A DNA stretch of 64,000 nucleotides. Source: Octopus vulgaris. Its lineage: Eukaryota. Every line of letters starts with the position of its first letter. Positions within the stretch are counted from its first letter, which is position 1. This document shows positions 11,757 through 25,434 of the stretch, one piece after another. The translations under genes and the position numbers were made by a program. The stretch lies in NCBI GenBank assembly GCA_951406725.2, contig OX597815.1:66340001-66404000 (forward strand), given 5' to 3'. The notes beneath the pieces are model-generated. The model saw only the letters and a list, made by a program, of their open reading frames with translations, was not told the origin of the DNA and ran no database searches.

Positions 11757-14554
11757 TGTTATAATCCTTACAATGTTGAATTGTTATAACACCTACTGTG
11801 TACTCTCTGACCACCTACTACATACTCTCTCATCCTCCTATTTATAGTGACTAACTCATGCCACTTGTCACACATGGGATGGGTGAATCATTATTACTAA
11901 TTCCCTACAACATTGCCCCTTTGAAGTTTTTCTTAGGAAGTGTATTTTTATTTAGCAATATTTTTAAAATTCATCCCACCTCCCTTTTTTAAGTTATTTT
12001 TCATACAAGTTAATATTTTTTGTGCTTGGCATCTATTTTCAGGAACTCTGTATGTTTTCTTGTCCTCTCACTTGTACGCCTGGGTTCAATCACCTGCAGT
12101 GGCATTGGTACTTAGAACGTATCATACAACCATGCCATTGGTTCCTCCAACATCTTTAGTTTGCTTTCAACGAATCTGTTTTTCTGTTGGTTCCTATATC
12201 TCTTTTGCATACCTTTTCTACTTTTTACCCAATACATCATTTTACCTATGCATTTGGTAATTACGCCATCTTTTCAACTCTACTTTCCATTCTTGTATGC
12301 CCTCATATACACCTTTTCACCAACTTTTAAAGAATCTTGTTATGTCTTCCCTGGCACTTTTTCTTTTTTGCCAGGTAGCAATTTATCAAAGACTGATTCT
12401 ACTTTCCTTGCAAACATCAGCTCTGCTGGTGTATTTGGATTTGGTGTCACATGGTACACGCTTAAAAATTGTTGTAGAGCTACCTCATCCATGACTTCCT
12501 TGTTCGATTTTCTAAGGGCTCTTTTGAAGGTATCAACAAAGCATTCTGCCTGTCCATTAGATCTGGGATGATATGGTTCCATAGTTATATGTTCTACTGC
12601 AAACATACCACAAAATTTTAAAATTCGCTAGACACAAATTGTGTCCCATTGTCAGACACTATCTTGTCTGGGATGTCAAATCTTGCAAACAATTCATGTA
12701 AAAAAAATTTTACAGTTGAGGAGGTTGATTTTTTACACTTACAAATTTCAGGCCATTTTGAAAACTATCAACTACCACTAAATAGTAAGAACCGTTTGAA
12801 GGACCAGCAAAATTGAAGTGTAGTCACAACCACAGAACATCTACTTTTGAAGAATGTTTACTTTCTATCTTGGACAATTTTTCATTTCATTTTGGCTTAT
12901 ATACAGGTGTTCTACCCTGTTTTATTGCAATTTTTTGTTTCAGTCCCTCAGCTGCATTCAAAAGTTTGACTGAACCAATTATATTTCCACATAAAACACA
13001 TATGGACGTATTCCATAATTCGAATAATTCCATCCACTCTGTTCCAAATAAATTAAGTGAATCTTTTAATACATTTATCTTTGCCTTTTTCACTTGACCT
13101 CAAAACGTTACATTGCATATGAATCCACGAAATAAAATATAATCTTTTTCTCTGTAACACCATGTGCTACCTTTTTAGATTTAATTAATTTTAGCTTACT
13201 GACATATTTCCAAGTTTTTTGGTTTATAATGGTAATATCATTACCAGTATTCAACTGCATTTTAACACTTTTATTTCTGGTTTTCACCTTCATGAATTTC
13301 TTCTGATGACATACTGTTTATTCTTTTTCCTTTGTTCTGACATTTTATCATCTTCAGTGTGTCTTTATATGTCCAATATTACCACAACGAAAGCACTCCG
13401 CTTTCTTAAATGGATAATTTTTCCTCAGGTGTTTACCTCCACATGCGAAATATGGGTTTATTTCCTGATTTTTGTCGTGTTTTTTAGAAAACACTTTATC
13501 TCTATTCTGATTATTTCACACTTACGTTACTTGGAAACAATCTTTCCATTCATTTTCCTCTGTCTCATGTCTTAATTTGACTATCCTTTCACATTCTTCT
13601 GACACTTGCTGTAGGGTTACAGCCTGGTTTTGTTCCAGCTTTGCAAGAATTCTAGTTCTAACTTCTGCATCCTTTTCAGTAATAAGTCCCTGTGTAAAAA
13701 TCAGGCATTTGAACATATCTTGTGTTAATTTATCCAGCTTAAACTTCTCGCATTCCCTGTTTACTTTACCAGTATATGTAATGAAATCCTCATCATTGTT
13801 TTTCTCTGTGTTCAGACACATCCAACATGTGTTGAACAATGAGCTTTTTTCACTGAAAATTTTACACAATATATCAATTGTGTCATTAAAGTTAATGTTC
13901 AAAGGTTTTCTTGGGAGTACATAATTACTGTATCATTCAATTCACATTCTGTTGCTGCCAGTTTTCTCAAGATTAAGTGCATTTCTATCTCATCATCCTA
14001 ATCTTTACATTCTTTCTCAAAGATTAGCTCATATCTTCTGTAGTATGCTTTGAAGGTAACTCTGTTATGGAGTTTGCAACATATCTGGCGAGAACACTTT
14101 TTCTGAATTTCCTGGAAACTTTATTAATTGCAGCATTTGTTGCTGTAATAGTAATTGTTGTTGTTCTTCTTTCATTTGTTGTTTGTTTTTGAAAATTGAG
14201 CAAACCAGCCAACAAATTTTTCATAATTTTAACGAATTTTTTCATAAAATTCACACAACAAATCTTTGTTACCTTCTTGCAAGTTGTTAATTCTCATAGA
14301 GTTTATTAATTCCTCATGAGTTGTTTAAATCCTGTTGAGTTTATTAATTATCCTCATCAACACTGTTGTATGCTTACAATGTTGGATTATTACAACGCTC
14401 ACTTCGGTATACAGTATACTTAGTAAAACCAGTAAAGACATGACTATCTCTGACTGCCTATGGTACTTCATTTACTTCTCTTTACTTATAGTAACCAGTT
14501 TACTCCATTCATCACGTGGGAGGGGTGAACCATTATTACTAATTCCCTACAATA
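11757..14554 (-). mobile_element. Ty3/Gypsy LTR retrotransposon, decayed, with RT/RNaseH deleted
   Basis: LTRs at 11757-11912 and 14364-14554 share the end 'cattattactaattccctacaa'. 5-bp TSD AATAT. PPT-like aaaggggcaa next to the left LTR. Gag remnant 13522-14254, protease 'LNTGNDITII' at ~13250, integrase 'PYHPRSNGQAE...TFK' at 12340-12820. Confidence 0.9.
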
Positions 14555-16324
14555 AATATACAAAGCTCTATATGTAGAATTGATGATTCAACAAGTAATC
14601 TTGAGATATGAACAAAAGAAATAGTGTCATGAGACCTTTGTGATGGGGCTGCCACAGGAAAGAATAACAGCAATATTGTTACCATAGCTGGCAATTTTAA
14701 TGAACACAATTCATGTTAAGAAACATTAGAAAGTATCTACTGGGGTGCATCTAGATTATAGTTTACCATAGTCTAGGTGCACCAGGTTATAGTAGAAGTA
14801 AGAAGAATTATAACTCCAGAATTTCTGTGGTTTAAATGATTTCACTATTCACATCACATACTTCAGAAAGCTACCCAGTTAACAGCCACTAGTTGCTTGA
14901 GTGATTTTTTTTTTAATTTATAAATTTACAAGAAAATGAGATGAGCTCAAGTACAAAACATACATAAAGCATATGAACCTATAGATACAGACTAGAACAG
15001 TTTTGAATTTGTTGTATTGCCAATAAGAAAAACTAGTTAAATTAAAATAAAGTGCTATTTCTATTATTTTGTCCAACCCCAGTATATATCATCATCATCT
15101 TTGTTTAACATCCGTCTTCCATGCTGGCATGGGCTGGACAGTTTGACAGGAGCTGACAAGCCAGAGAACCTCTCCGGGCTCTGTTGTCTGTTTTGGCATG
15201 GTTTCTATACCCATCCTAATACCAACCACTTTACAGAGTGTACTGAGTGCTTTTCACATGGCACCAGAACTAGGAGATTACCAAGTAACTTGCAAGACAA
15301 AGACTCCTCAAATGGGAGAGAGAGTGTTACTGAAGGAGATAACTTTATGTTGGTTGAAAGGTCAAAGTATAATCATAATGCATAATCTGTTTGGGCTTTG
15401 AATCTCTTGACAAATGTACTGTGAGTGAATTTGACTGACAAAACCTGTATGGAAGTACCTCTGTCATGCGATTGAATCCCTAAACAGACTATGCATTACA
15501 GCAAACACCTTAACGTTTTTGACACTAACCAGCCTGTGACTAACCCTAGTTTTCAGCTACAGATTTCCTGATTAGAGTGATCTAGATAAAAGCCGTGCAT
15601 AAAAATTTCATGTTAACTGATGCTCTAAACCCAATCTTAATAATGGTTGTTATTTAACACAAAGGGTGTATATCTCAACAGAAATATAGTAACAGAAGAG
15701 TAAATTTATTTCTTTTGTTTCAAAAGAATTTAGCCTCATATTCTCTCAGGAAAGAGATAAATGCTACAATTCTCATTTCCTCCTCATTGCAATAAACAAT
15801 GCTAATAAATAATTGGTAAGATATAAGCAGAAATACTGTAATTTGATATTTTGTTCTATTTATTTCATAAGTGGAGAAGGGTATTTCCATGTCTACACAT
15901 GAAATAAACAAATAAATAAATAAACAGTTTCTCACTTTATATGAAATTGTTTTGTTAATTATCCAAATAGTAATCCTATAATGCCATGTTAAGTTCTCAT
16001 CACACTGAGTCTTCAGACCAGTTTTAATTCCCAATGGAAATCTTCATTTGTTACTGCTAATTCTTCTGGGAAAGGATTGAATGTCAAAACTTACTGTTTC
16101 CTCTATTAAAACTTTTAGGGCTTCTGAAAAATCATTGTTAGATTGTTTTGTATTCATGGGAAGTATCTTCTCCTATAGCTGTGGGTTAACCAAAGCCTCT
16201 TGAGTGGATGTAGTTGATGGAAAGCTCATTGTGTGTGTGTTTATTGGTGCTTGTATGCATAGTTTGATGATACAAACAGGAAAATAGAATTCAAAACGTG
16301 TGTGTGTGTGTGTGTGCATAGATA

Positions 16325-17676
16325 ATGAAAAATCAGAGGTGAACTCTTTTCAATAAACAACACCATAGGGCTCAATTTATTGAGCAATTAGACTAAAGTA
16401 TTAATTAGAAAGAGACAAATTTGAAGGTCAATAATACTCCTCATCAAAGCCAACATAGATCTAAACACAGAAGGTATATATGAGCCATTATAAATATGTG
16501 AACATATAACATATAAAAACATATATATACATATTATAGTGTAATTCTCTGCCCAATTCAAAGTCAGATGAAGAATTACATAAATACATTCAGACAAGTC
16601 TCAAAGTGATGAGATAACAGTTCACAATAATCCATAAAGGAAAACCTCAAATGAATCCAATAAATATGAAAAAATCTTACAGCTGTTTCCAGGCATGTGC
16701 AAAGAAATGTGTAGGTAAATCCTTTTCAACTTCAGTAATCCACATTTCCTTCATCGGAGAATACGAACAGATTCAGAATTTTAAAATTATGCATGCTATT
16801 GTAAGAATATGTTTAAGCAGTTGTAATTATATACAAGTATAAAAATTTCATGAATTCCAAGATTCCAGGTCATTGAACTACTAAGAAAATTACAAAAAAA
16901 TTTTACAAAATTTATACATTTATATCAATGTCATGTCAAATCATCCAAAAAGTGTTATCAATAGTATTGTTGAAAGGATATGATTTAGAATATCTAACCT
17001 ATCTGCCAACAAGCAGACTTTTAACAATCATGCATCTACTTATAATCTAGCTTTAATGAATAGTGGCTTCAACCAAAAAATCTTTTATATTAGAAATACA
17101 TTATTTAGAATAAAGTTGAATCAAATGGTCCCAAATCTAGGTGATCTAAATATAGATGTCCCTTATGATACTGATCCTTCTGAATTCAGGCTCAAATATA
17201 GACATAATAGGAATAGCAATCATTTGAACTATAAGATCACAGGGATCCCAAACTTGAGCAGACAACTTGATAATAAAACATCTCAAAAATGGGATATAAT
17301 TGGGTTTACCCCTCCATTTTCCCTTCGTATTAGGAACCTCCCTGAGATTTTTTTGGGGGGGGTTAATCAATAAGAACATAAGTGTCATTCTATATTTAAC
17401 AGATCATCTTTGAAATTATCCTATTCTACAACACCAAATTTGGGGTTGATTATAGCAACAAATAATAGATTTAAATTTTGAAATAAGGTTGATAATAACG
17501 CTAGTATAGCTGGGTGTAATAAGGAAAATTATTGTTCTAGGGATAAAAGATACAACTGCCAATCCTGAAGTGCCTGTCCTTTAAAAGAAATGTCATATAT
17601 AAATGCAAAGTAAGCATCTTAAAGGATCCTAAGAAAGTATATATAGGAAATACTATTGATTGGGATGCATTTAAAC
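16325..17676 (+). mobile_element. Decayed Penelope-like element: RT thumb, linker and GIY-YIG endonuclease remnant
   Basis: Broken frames give 'RISNLSANKQTFNNHASTYNLALMNSGF', 'IIGFTPPFS', 'IFNRSSLKLSYSTTPNLGLII' and 'RNVIYKCKVSILKDPKKVYIGNT' (VIY...YIG), in the typical PLE order. Confidence 0.8.
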
Positions 17677-18826
17677 TCATTCGTACAAAGTTTGACTTGC
17701 TTCCAAAGGAACTTTTGTCCATTCTTCAGCTAAAACAGTCTCCAGTTCTTGTAGTGATGATGGTGGAAGAGATTGACTCCTTGCTTGTTTTTCTAAAATG
17801 CACCATAAATGTTCAATAATATTGAGATTCGGGGACTGTGGTGGCCAGATAAGCTGTTCAACTTCACTAGAATGTTCTTTGTGACAATCAGTAACAACTT
17901 TAGCTGTATGAATTGGTGCATTATCATCCTGAAAGATTGCGTTTCCCTCCAGAAACAGTTCCACAACCATAGGATGAATTTGATCAGATAAAATACTGAA
18001 ATAGTCTTCACTATTAATTCTGCAATGAAGGGAAACCATTGGGCCGGTGGATTTCCAAGATATAACCCACCCACCCCCGATCATCACAGATCCTCCTCCA
18101 GGTTTAATTGTTGGAAGAAGGCAGTCTGGGTCAAATACTTCTTTTGGCTGTCTCCACATGTATACTCAGCCAGTGGTTGGAAATAAGGTGAAGGATGACT
18201 CATCTAAGAAAATAACATTCTTCCACTGCTTTAGGGACCAATCCTGTAGGTTTTTACTCCACTCTAAATGCTTTACAACGTTTGTTTTTGAAAGTAGTGG
18301 TTTTCTGATTGCAGCCCTCTCATGAAATCCAGCTTTATGCAGCTCCCAGCAAACAGTTTTTGTGGAAACTGGGTTCTCGAGGTGGTCATAAAGCTCTGTA
18401 GTAATTTTGGGAGCTGTATTTTTATGATCCGTTGTAACAATTTGCATAAGAGTCCAACAGTCCCTTTTTGAAAGATTTGGCTTTCTTCCGGAGTTTTGTT
18501 TCAATGAGGAGGTTTTTCCTTCTTTCTCAAAGGCTGTCATTACTTTGGAGACAGTTCTTCTTGATAAACCAAACATTTTGGCTGTTTTCATTATGGTAGC
18601 ACCTGCCATACAAGCACCAACTATCTGACCTCTTTGAAAGTCCAATAGATCTGTCATTTTAATTACTTTTTTCTGATGATATCTAAAAAGAAACAGCAAT
18701 TTTAGCAAAACATATTAAGCAACACTAATAATCAAAAACCCAAAATAAACAAGCTTTTGACAATTTTATAGATATTTCAAAATTATGATGCTCTATGCTA
18801 GGTGTTTCCATTATTTTGTCCAACCC

Positions 18827-18828
<2 letters not shown>
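17677..18828 (-). mobile_element. Tc1-family transposon with an interrupted transposase; 5' TIR present, 3' end lost
   Basis: ORF 18166-18708 (HTH, 'IFLDES') and ORF 17677-18159 ('FQDDNAPIHTA', 'WPPQSPNLNIIEHLW'). TIR CAGGGGTTGGACAAAATAATGGAAACA ends at ~18828. Confidence 0.93.
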
Positions 18829-18880
<52 letters not shown>

Positions 18881-19017
18881 ATAATTAAAATGTAATGTAA
18901 TAATACATTACAGAGGACATATCATAAACAATAATTATTTATGAATATATCAACGGCCAAAAATGTTATCATAAAATACATAGAATTATAATTATGAACA
19001 AGTCACAGTTATAACTA

Positions 19018-19459
19018 AGAGTGTTTCAAAAACCCTTACATGTTTAGAAATAGCAGTCAAAAACCACTATAAACCCACTATTATCATTATTATTAGCTGT
19101 GGTTCAAATTTACTGGTCTTTTCTCATAAACGCTGTGCATTATGTTTGAATTCAGAATTTGAATGTGTGGATAGAGGTTGACACATTATTCTTGCCAGTT
19201 AAGATACATGTAGGCCCCAAGGTAAGGTCTTATATCAATTTCTATCGATAAGAATATTCTCCAGAAGAAATGAATGGAGCCCTTAATAGGTTCCTAATAT
19301 CAAATTTGCAATAGAGAATTAACCTTTTATTTTTAAGTTGTGAATTTTATATGTCATATCACCTGCAGACAGCATTTATTGTGAGGAGATATGAGTGATA
19401 ATAGTGGCTTTATTGTGGTTTTTGACTGCTATTTCTAAACATGTTCATAATTATGAACA

Positions 19460-19463
<4 letters not shown>
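19018..19463. mobile_element. MITE-like element with ~70-bp terminal inverted repeats
   Basis: 'acatgtttagaaatagcagtcaaaaaccac.ataaa.ccactattatca' on the left and its reverse complement at ~19398-19445. Confidence 0.75.
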
Positions 19464-19504
<41 letters not shown>

Positions 19505-19669
19505 GCAAGAGGAAGTTGATGAACTCTCCTGTTATGGACGCAGATTTGATTGTCACATAGCTAGCTAGAGGTGATGGTCTCTTGGAGCTAATTAATGGCA
19601 GCATTCATCCTGTTTCTCTGGACTGCCATATTAGCTTGGCGATATATATATATTGAGATATATATTGAG

Positions 19670-20050
19670 AGAAATGAAGCCAGTATGCTTTTCTGGATGT
19701 GCAATATCAGTGTGCATGTTCAACAAAGTGTAAGCATCTTAAAAGAAAAGTTAGGTATAAGAGGAATCGGGTATGGTGTGCAAGAGAGACAACTGCACTG
19801 GTATGGTCATGTGATGCGTATGGACAAGGACAGTTGTGTAAAGAAGTGCCAATCTCTAACTGTGGAGAGGACCTGTGGTAGAGGACCTGTGGTAGAGGTA
19901 GACCCAGGAAGAGGAGATGAGGCAGTGAAGCATGACCTTCAGACTTTGAACCTCACATAGATAATAACTAGAGACTGAGACCTTTAGTGATATGCTCTGC
20001 TTAAGATGACCCATCAAGCCAAGTGCACCTGTGCTGGTGGCATGTAAAAA
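19670..20050 (+). mobile_element. RTE-clade LINE 3' fragment
   Basis: 'ERNEASML.WMC...LKEKLGIRGI...QERQLHWYGHVMRM'. Same family as 23070-24390. Further fragments at ~28550-28730(-) and ~39690-39930(-). Confidence 0.8.
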
Positions 20051-22459
20051 AAATCAACCTTTGAATGTCAGGCCTCACAGAGACAAAGTGGCTGAGTTCC
20101 TTTCGAGCGAACCTCACATAAGTGAGATGGCTGAGATCCTTTCGAGCATTGTGTGTATGTATGTGCGTGTGTGTGTATGTGTATGTCATATCTCTTTTTT
20201 ATCCTTGGCCTTCTCCCCACATGCAACTTTATCATCTTACTACTCCTGCTGCTTCCCAACCCCCACTCTTTTTTCTGCATCCTTGTATCTTATTCAGCTC
20301 ATGGTTTCTTTTGTTCACCCATCCTTCACTCATACCCATTCTACCCCTCATTCTTCTTCTCATACACTCTTGTAAACTGCCAACTCACCCACCCATTTCT
20401 TCTCATCTTGTCCCTTGTGGGACCACTTGGACACCTCACCTCCATAATCTATTTCTTACAGCTCCTACTGAACATTTTCTTTTTCTCTTTCCCCCTTTCT
20501 CCTACTAGATGTAAGTAGCTATGAAAATCTCTCTACAAAAACCTGCTCTGTCCTCCCCACCTCCCATAATAATCCCCTTGTTCCCTTGCATGACGATAAC
20601 CCTCTCCAGGATTTTTAGTTTTATGAACTGCATGGAGACTGTAATAGTGTAAGTGGCATAAAAAAGCACCCAAGCCATGCTGTAAAGTGGTTGGTGTTAA
20701 GAGGGGCATCCAGCTGTAGAAATCATGCCAAATATTTTGCTTTGGCAAAATTGAAAAAAGTTGGTTGCCTTAATTTTGGGACTCCCTGTATATATACTAG
20801 ATTATATTGAGCATAGGAGTTGCAGTATAGTGAAATCAAAAAGGTAAGAGTGATAAATTATAAAATTAAAAGTTAAAAAGGATGATGGGGATGATGAATT
20901 ATAAAGTTAAATAAAGAAATTGAAATTATGAGACTAAAACAAATAGATAAGAAAATAAAATATTCAAATAAGGCACAGATAAATAGATAAATAAATAAAA
21001 ATGTAAGTTGTACTACTCATAGTACAGTAAAATACATCTCTTTGTCTGTCAGGTGATTGTTCTCTGATATAATGGGATAACATTCTGCATGCCCTCAATT
21101 ATCTCTGAAATCATTCTCACATCTACCCTGTTATCTTATTCTTATCAACATTTTGATCTCTCTGCCTCCAACTCTTACACGTTTGATATATACCACATCA
21201 TCCACTTTACTTGCACACCCAATGTTTCTTTCTTTACATAATTGTTTTTGTACCATCTTTGTACTGTTATTACATTATGGTTTATAAACCACCATTGTAC
21301 TCCCTTTATACTAAAGAAAAATCAGCTGTTCAAACAATTATTATTATTACTATTATTATTATTATTATTATTATTATTATCTAGCTTGTGTTTATTTCTC
21401 CTTTCATTTCCATGAACTTCTTCATTAAGGAAACAAACTTTTCTACATTATTTGTGTTATTGATATTTTATTTGTACTGCAGACTTTGTAGTCTGTCTTG
21501 GACCAAATATGTTCTTCTTAATCCGCACCCATGAGCAGTAAAATAGATATAGGGTCCTCCATTGGTCAAGGTTGACCTCAACAGTGTTTGAATTCTTAAA
21601 GATAATTATGAAAGAATTAATAATTTTATTTCAAATAATAGAAATAACAGGAATTACAATGAATAATAATGTGTATATAAGTTATGTTACGCGATATTCA
21701 ATATATCAGCTGATAATTGAAGATCATGACAGTTTTGAAATGGATGCCTGGGCAAGATATTTTTGAGGAAGACTAAATTACCCCTGAATGCAAGTTTCCC
21801 CTTTTCTTCACATCACTAATGTTTATCCAAGAGAAGGGTTACCATCTTGAACTGATAAAGAATGTATATAGTGACATGTCAAGGACAACTCTCAAAATGC
21901 AGAAAGCTGGAACAGATACTGCACTGCATCTTATCTTGCCTGACACTCTAACAATCCTTCCAGATCACTGTCCTGGATTAATGCATACTTTTCCATTGAT
22001 CCTGAAAAGATAAAATGCAATGTTGACCACAGTAGGATTTGAACTCAAGTTACAGGGAGCCAGAACATATACCACAAGGCTTCTATCCAATGTCCAAATA
22101 TCTCTGCCAATTTACCATCTTTCAGTAAAATAATATTTACTATAAGGGGGAGTTTATGCTATTAAGTTCTTAGAGTACACAGTAAGATGTTCTCTAAGAA
22201 CTTATTAGCATATAGACTGAAATTTGGTTCAGTGATAATGCCTCTAATGAGATAATTAATTGGATGGTATACTGACTTACAGGTTTCAGTTCAACTACCA
22301 GTATTCACTTGTAAATCAATGAAATAGGTATTGGTTACATATGAAACTAGGCAAAACTGAAAACATGTTCAATTTCCGAATATCTTTAAAATGTTTGATT
22401 AGTTATAGTCATGCCAAAGATTTGCTCAAAACTAATAAGGCCACTCAGCAACAATAACA

Positions 22460-22845
22460 AAAAAACCTGCTGCTACTATTACTACTGTTACCACCACAAC
22501 CACTACTATGACTATTATCTCTATCACTGCCACTACCACAACTACTATAACCACCACTATAATACAATTACTATAACTACTACCACCACCACTACTACTA
22601 ACGATGATGATGAGGACAATAGCAGCAGCAATAATGATGGAAGTGACTGCAACAGTGATTACCTGGCTGATAATTTATATCTACAAACACCACCACCGCT
22701 GTTGTTGTTGTTGTTGTTATGATTATTATTATGATTGTTATTGTTTTTATTATTATTATTAATAGTTCCATTGACTGTGACAATAGCACAACATCAATAA
22801 CAACAATACCTGTTTTACTGCACACACACACACACACACACACCC
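22460..22845. repeat. Trinucleotide/dinucleotide low-complexity tract (CTA/CCA/ATT/CA)
   Basis: Visible directly in the sequence. Confidence 0.85.
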
Positions 22846-23069
22846 TAAAATAGAAAATTGCACAGAAAATGGTTCTTTGTTCCCTTTTTCACACAGAACA
22901 AATAACTTTGAATTGTGAAATCAATAATTGAATAACAGTTTCATGATATCCCTTCTATACTATTATACTTTATTGATTTGTGAATATCTGATGTAGCATC
23001 ATGTTCTACTCCTCCTCTTTCTCTCTCTCTCTCTTTCAAACTATCTCTATGTATATATATATATATATA

Positions 23070-24385
23070 TATGCAGAAGCTAGGGCTAGATGAGTGGTTG
23101 GTGTACAGGAATACTGTCAGTAAGGTGAAAGTCGACAAGTATAGAAATGAACTCTGTGTACAGGTAGGAGTTCACCAAGGATCCCTTCTCAGCCCCCTCT
23201 TGTTCATCATAGTCCTCCAGGCCATAACAAAGGTATGTAAGTCAAGCTACCCTTGGGAGCTCCTCTACACTGATGATCTTGTTCTTATAGCTGAATCACT
23301 ATCAGAACTAGAGAAGAAATTTCAGATGTGGAAGCAATGTCTGGAATCAAAGGGCCTTAGAGTTAATTTAGCAAAGACCTAAATTCTAACAAGTAGGAAA
23401 CAAACAAATCACTCATCCCTTCGGGTAGAATGGCCCTGCTGTTATATGTAGGAAAGGTGTAGGTAGAAACTCCATAAGATATACCCAGTGCACACTGTAG
23501 ATATATAAGAGGTGCAGCAGTATCAGAAGCTTATCAGAGAAAGTAGTATTTGTGTGTGGCAGATGTGCAGGTACAATAAACACTAAGAATGTACAGAAAA
23601 TAGACTTTGTCAACTGCCTGGTGGGGTACTTAGAATTAGCAGATAGTAGCTTCTGTTACCTAGGTAACCAAGTCAGCAGTGGAAAAGGATGCTCTGAGAG
23701 TGTAGCTGCTGGGAAAAGTTCACAGAGTTTCTATCTTTGTTAGCAACAAAGGGCATCTACCTCAGAGTAAAAGGCAGATTGTATGATACCTGTGTACAAA
23801 CAGCCATACTATATGGTAGTGAAACATGGGCTGTGACTGTAGAGGACATGCAAAGGCTTGAAAGAAAAGAACCTAGCATGCTCCACTAGATGTACAGTGT
23901 CAGTGTGCATATATGAAAGAGTAAGTTTCTTAAGAGCAAAAATTGGTATAAGAGATATCAGATGTTGTGTGCAAAAGAGGAGACTACAATGGTATTGTCA
24001 CGTAATGCGTATGAACGAGGACAGCTGCATAAAGCAGTGCCTATCTCTAATTGTGGAGGAACTCATAGAATAGGTAGGCCCAAGAAGATGTAGGACAAGG
24101 TGGTGAAATATGATCTTCAGTTTTTTAATCTCACAGAGGCAAGGACAAGTGACTGAGACTTCTGTGACCAAGACTTGGCTGTGCTTTAGAAGACATGTCA
24201 AGCTAAGAGACACAAGAAAAGCACCCATGCTAGTGATACATAAAAGACACCCAGTACACTCTATAAAGTAGTTGACATTAGGAAGAACGTCCAGCCATAC
24301 CAACCAAGCCAAAAGAGACAACTGGAGCCTGGTGCAGCTCTCTGGCTTACCAGATCCAACAAGTCATCTAACCCATGCCAGCATT
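23070..24385 (+). mobile_element. RTE-clade LINE, 5'-truncated and decayed RT
   Basis: 'VGVHQGSLLSPLLFIIVL', 'LLYTDDLVL', 'GLRVNLAKT', 'LYGSETW', 'RRLQWYCHVMRM', with multiple stops and frameshifts. Confidence 0.9.
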
Positions 24386-25009
24386 GCCTGATACCATTTT
24401 CTTTCATCTCTGCCCCACATGAACGTTAATTTTCATTGTTACCTATAAACTTAGCTTCTTTTACAGATGTGAGTTTCACTGATAAAATGTTGATACAATT
24501 ACATATAGCTTATATTGTTATAATATTGAAATGATTGTGTGGGACTGCAGCAATAATTATTTTTAATAACTACACTCTACTGGTGAATGACTTCTTTCTT
24601 ATTATACCACACACATCAAGTCCTCTTTGAATTTAGGTCTGCTTGACCTTTACTTTAATAAAAAATGTGTGGAGAGAGAGAGAGATGCAAGTATGACTGT
24701 GTGGTTAGTTTACTTCCCAACCACATAGTTTTGGGTTCAGTCCTACTGCATGACATCTTGGGTAAGAGCCTCAGGTTACTCAAAGCCCTGTAAGCTGTGA
24801 GTGTCATTATCATACAAGCTGTGCCATTTGTTTCTAGTCTTCTGTGAGAACACTTCTAGCCATACAGAAATATTACCTTACTTAGAAACAAGTGGGGGCT
24901 GGTGATAGGAAGAGCATCCAGTTGTAAAAAATCTGCCTTGAATTCTATCTAACCCATGTAAGCATGGAAAAGTGAACATTAAATGATGATGATTTTATAA
25001 ATATATATA

Positions 25010-25385
25010 TAGGTGTAGCAAGAAGCTTGCTTCCCAACCACACAGTTCCAGGTTCGGTTCCACTACATAGTACCTTGGGTAAATTTCTTCTACTATAGCC
25101 TTGGGCAGACCAAAGCCTTGTGAGTAGATTTGGTAGGCAGAGACTGAAAGAAATGTCATATATATGTATGTGTATATAACTATGTGTGTATCTTTGTGTA
25201 TGTGTTTGTCCTCCCCCCATCACCACTTGACAGCCAATGTTGGTGTGTTTATATCTTCATAACTTAGCAGTTCAGCAAAAGTGACCAACAGAATAAGTAC
25301 TAGGCTTAAGAAATAAGTCCTGAGGTCAATTTGTTCAACTAATACCTTTCAAAGTAGTGTTCCAGTATAGCTGCACAAATGAGTG
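25010..25385 (+). mobile_element. tRNA-derived SINE (same family as 49972-50387)
   Basis: B-box-like ggttcggttcc, core 'accttgggtaaatttcttctactatagcc...gaccaaagccttgtgagt', internal (TG)n and the shared tail. Confidence 0.8.
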
Positions 25386-25434
25386 CAACAGCAATAATTA
25401 TTTTTAATAACTACTCTATGCTGCTATAATACTT

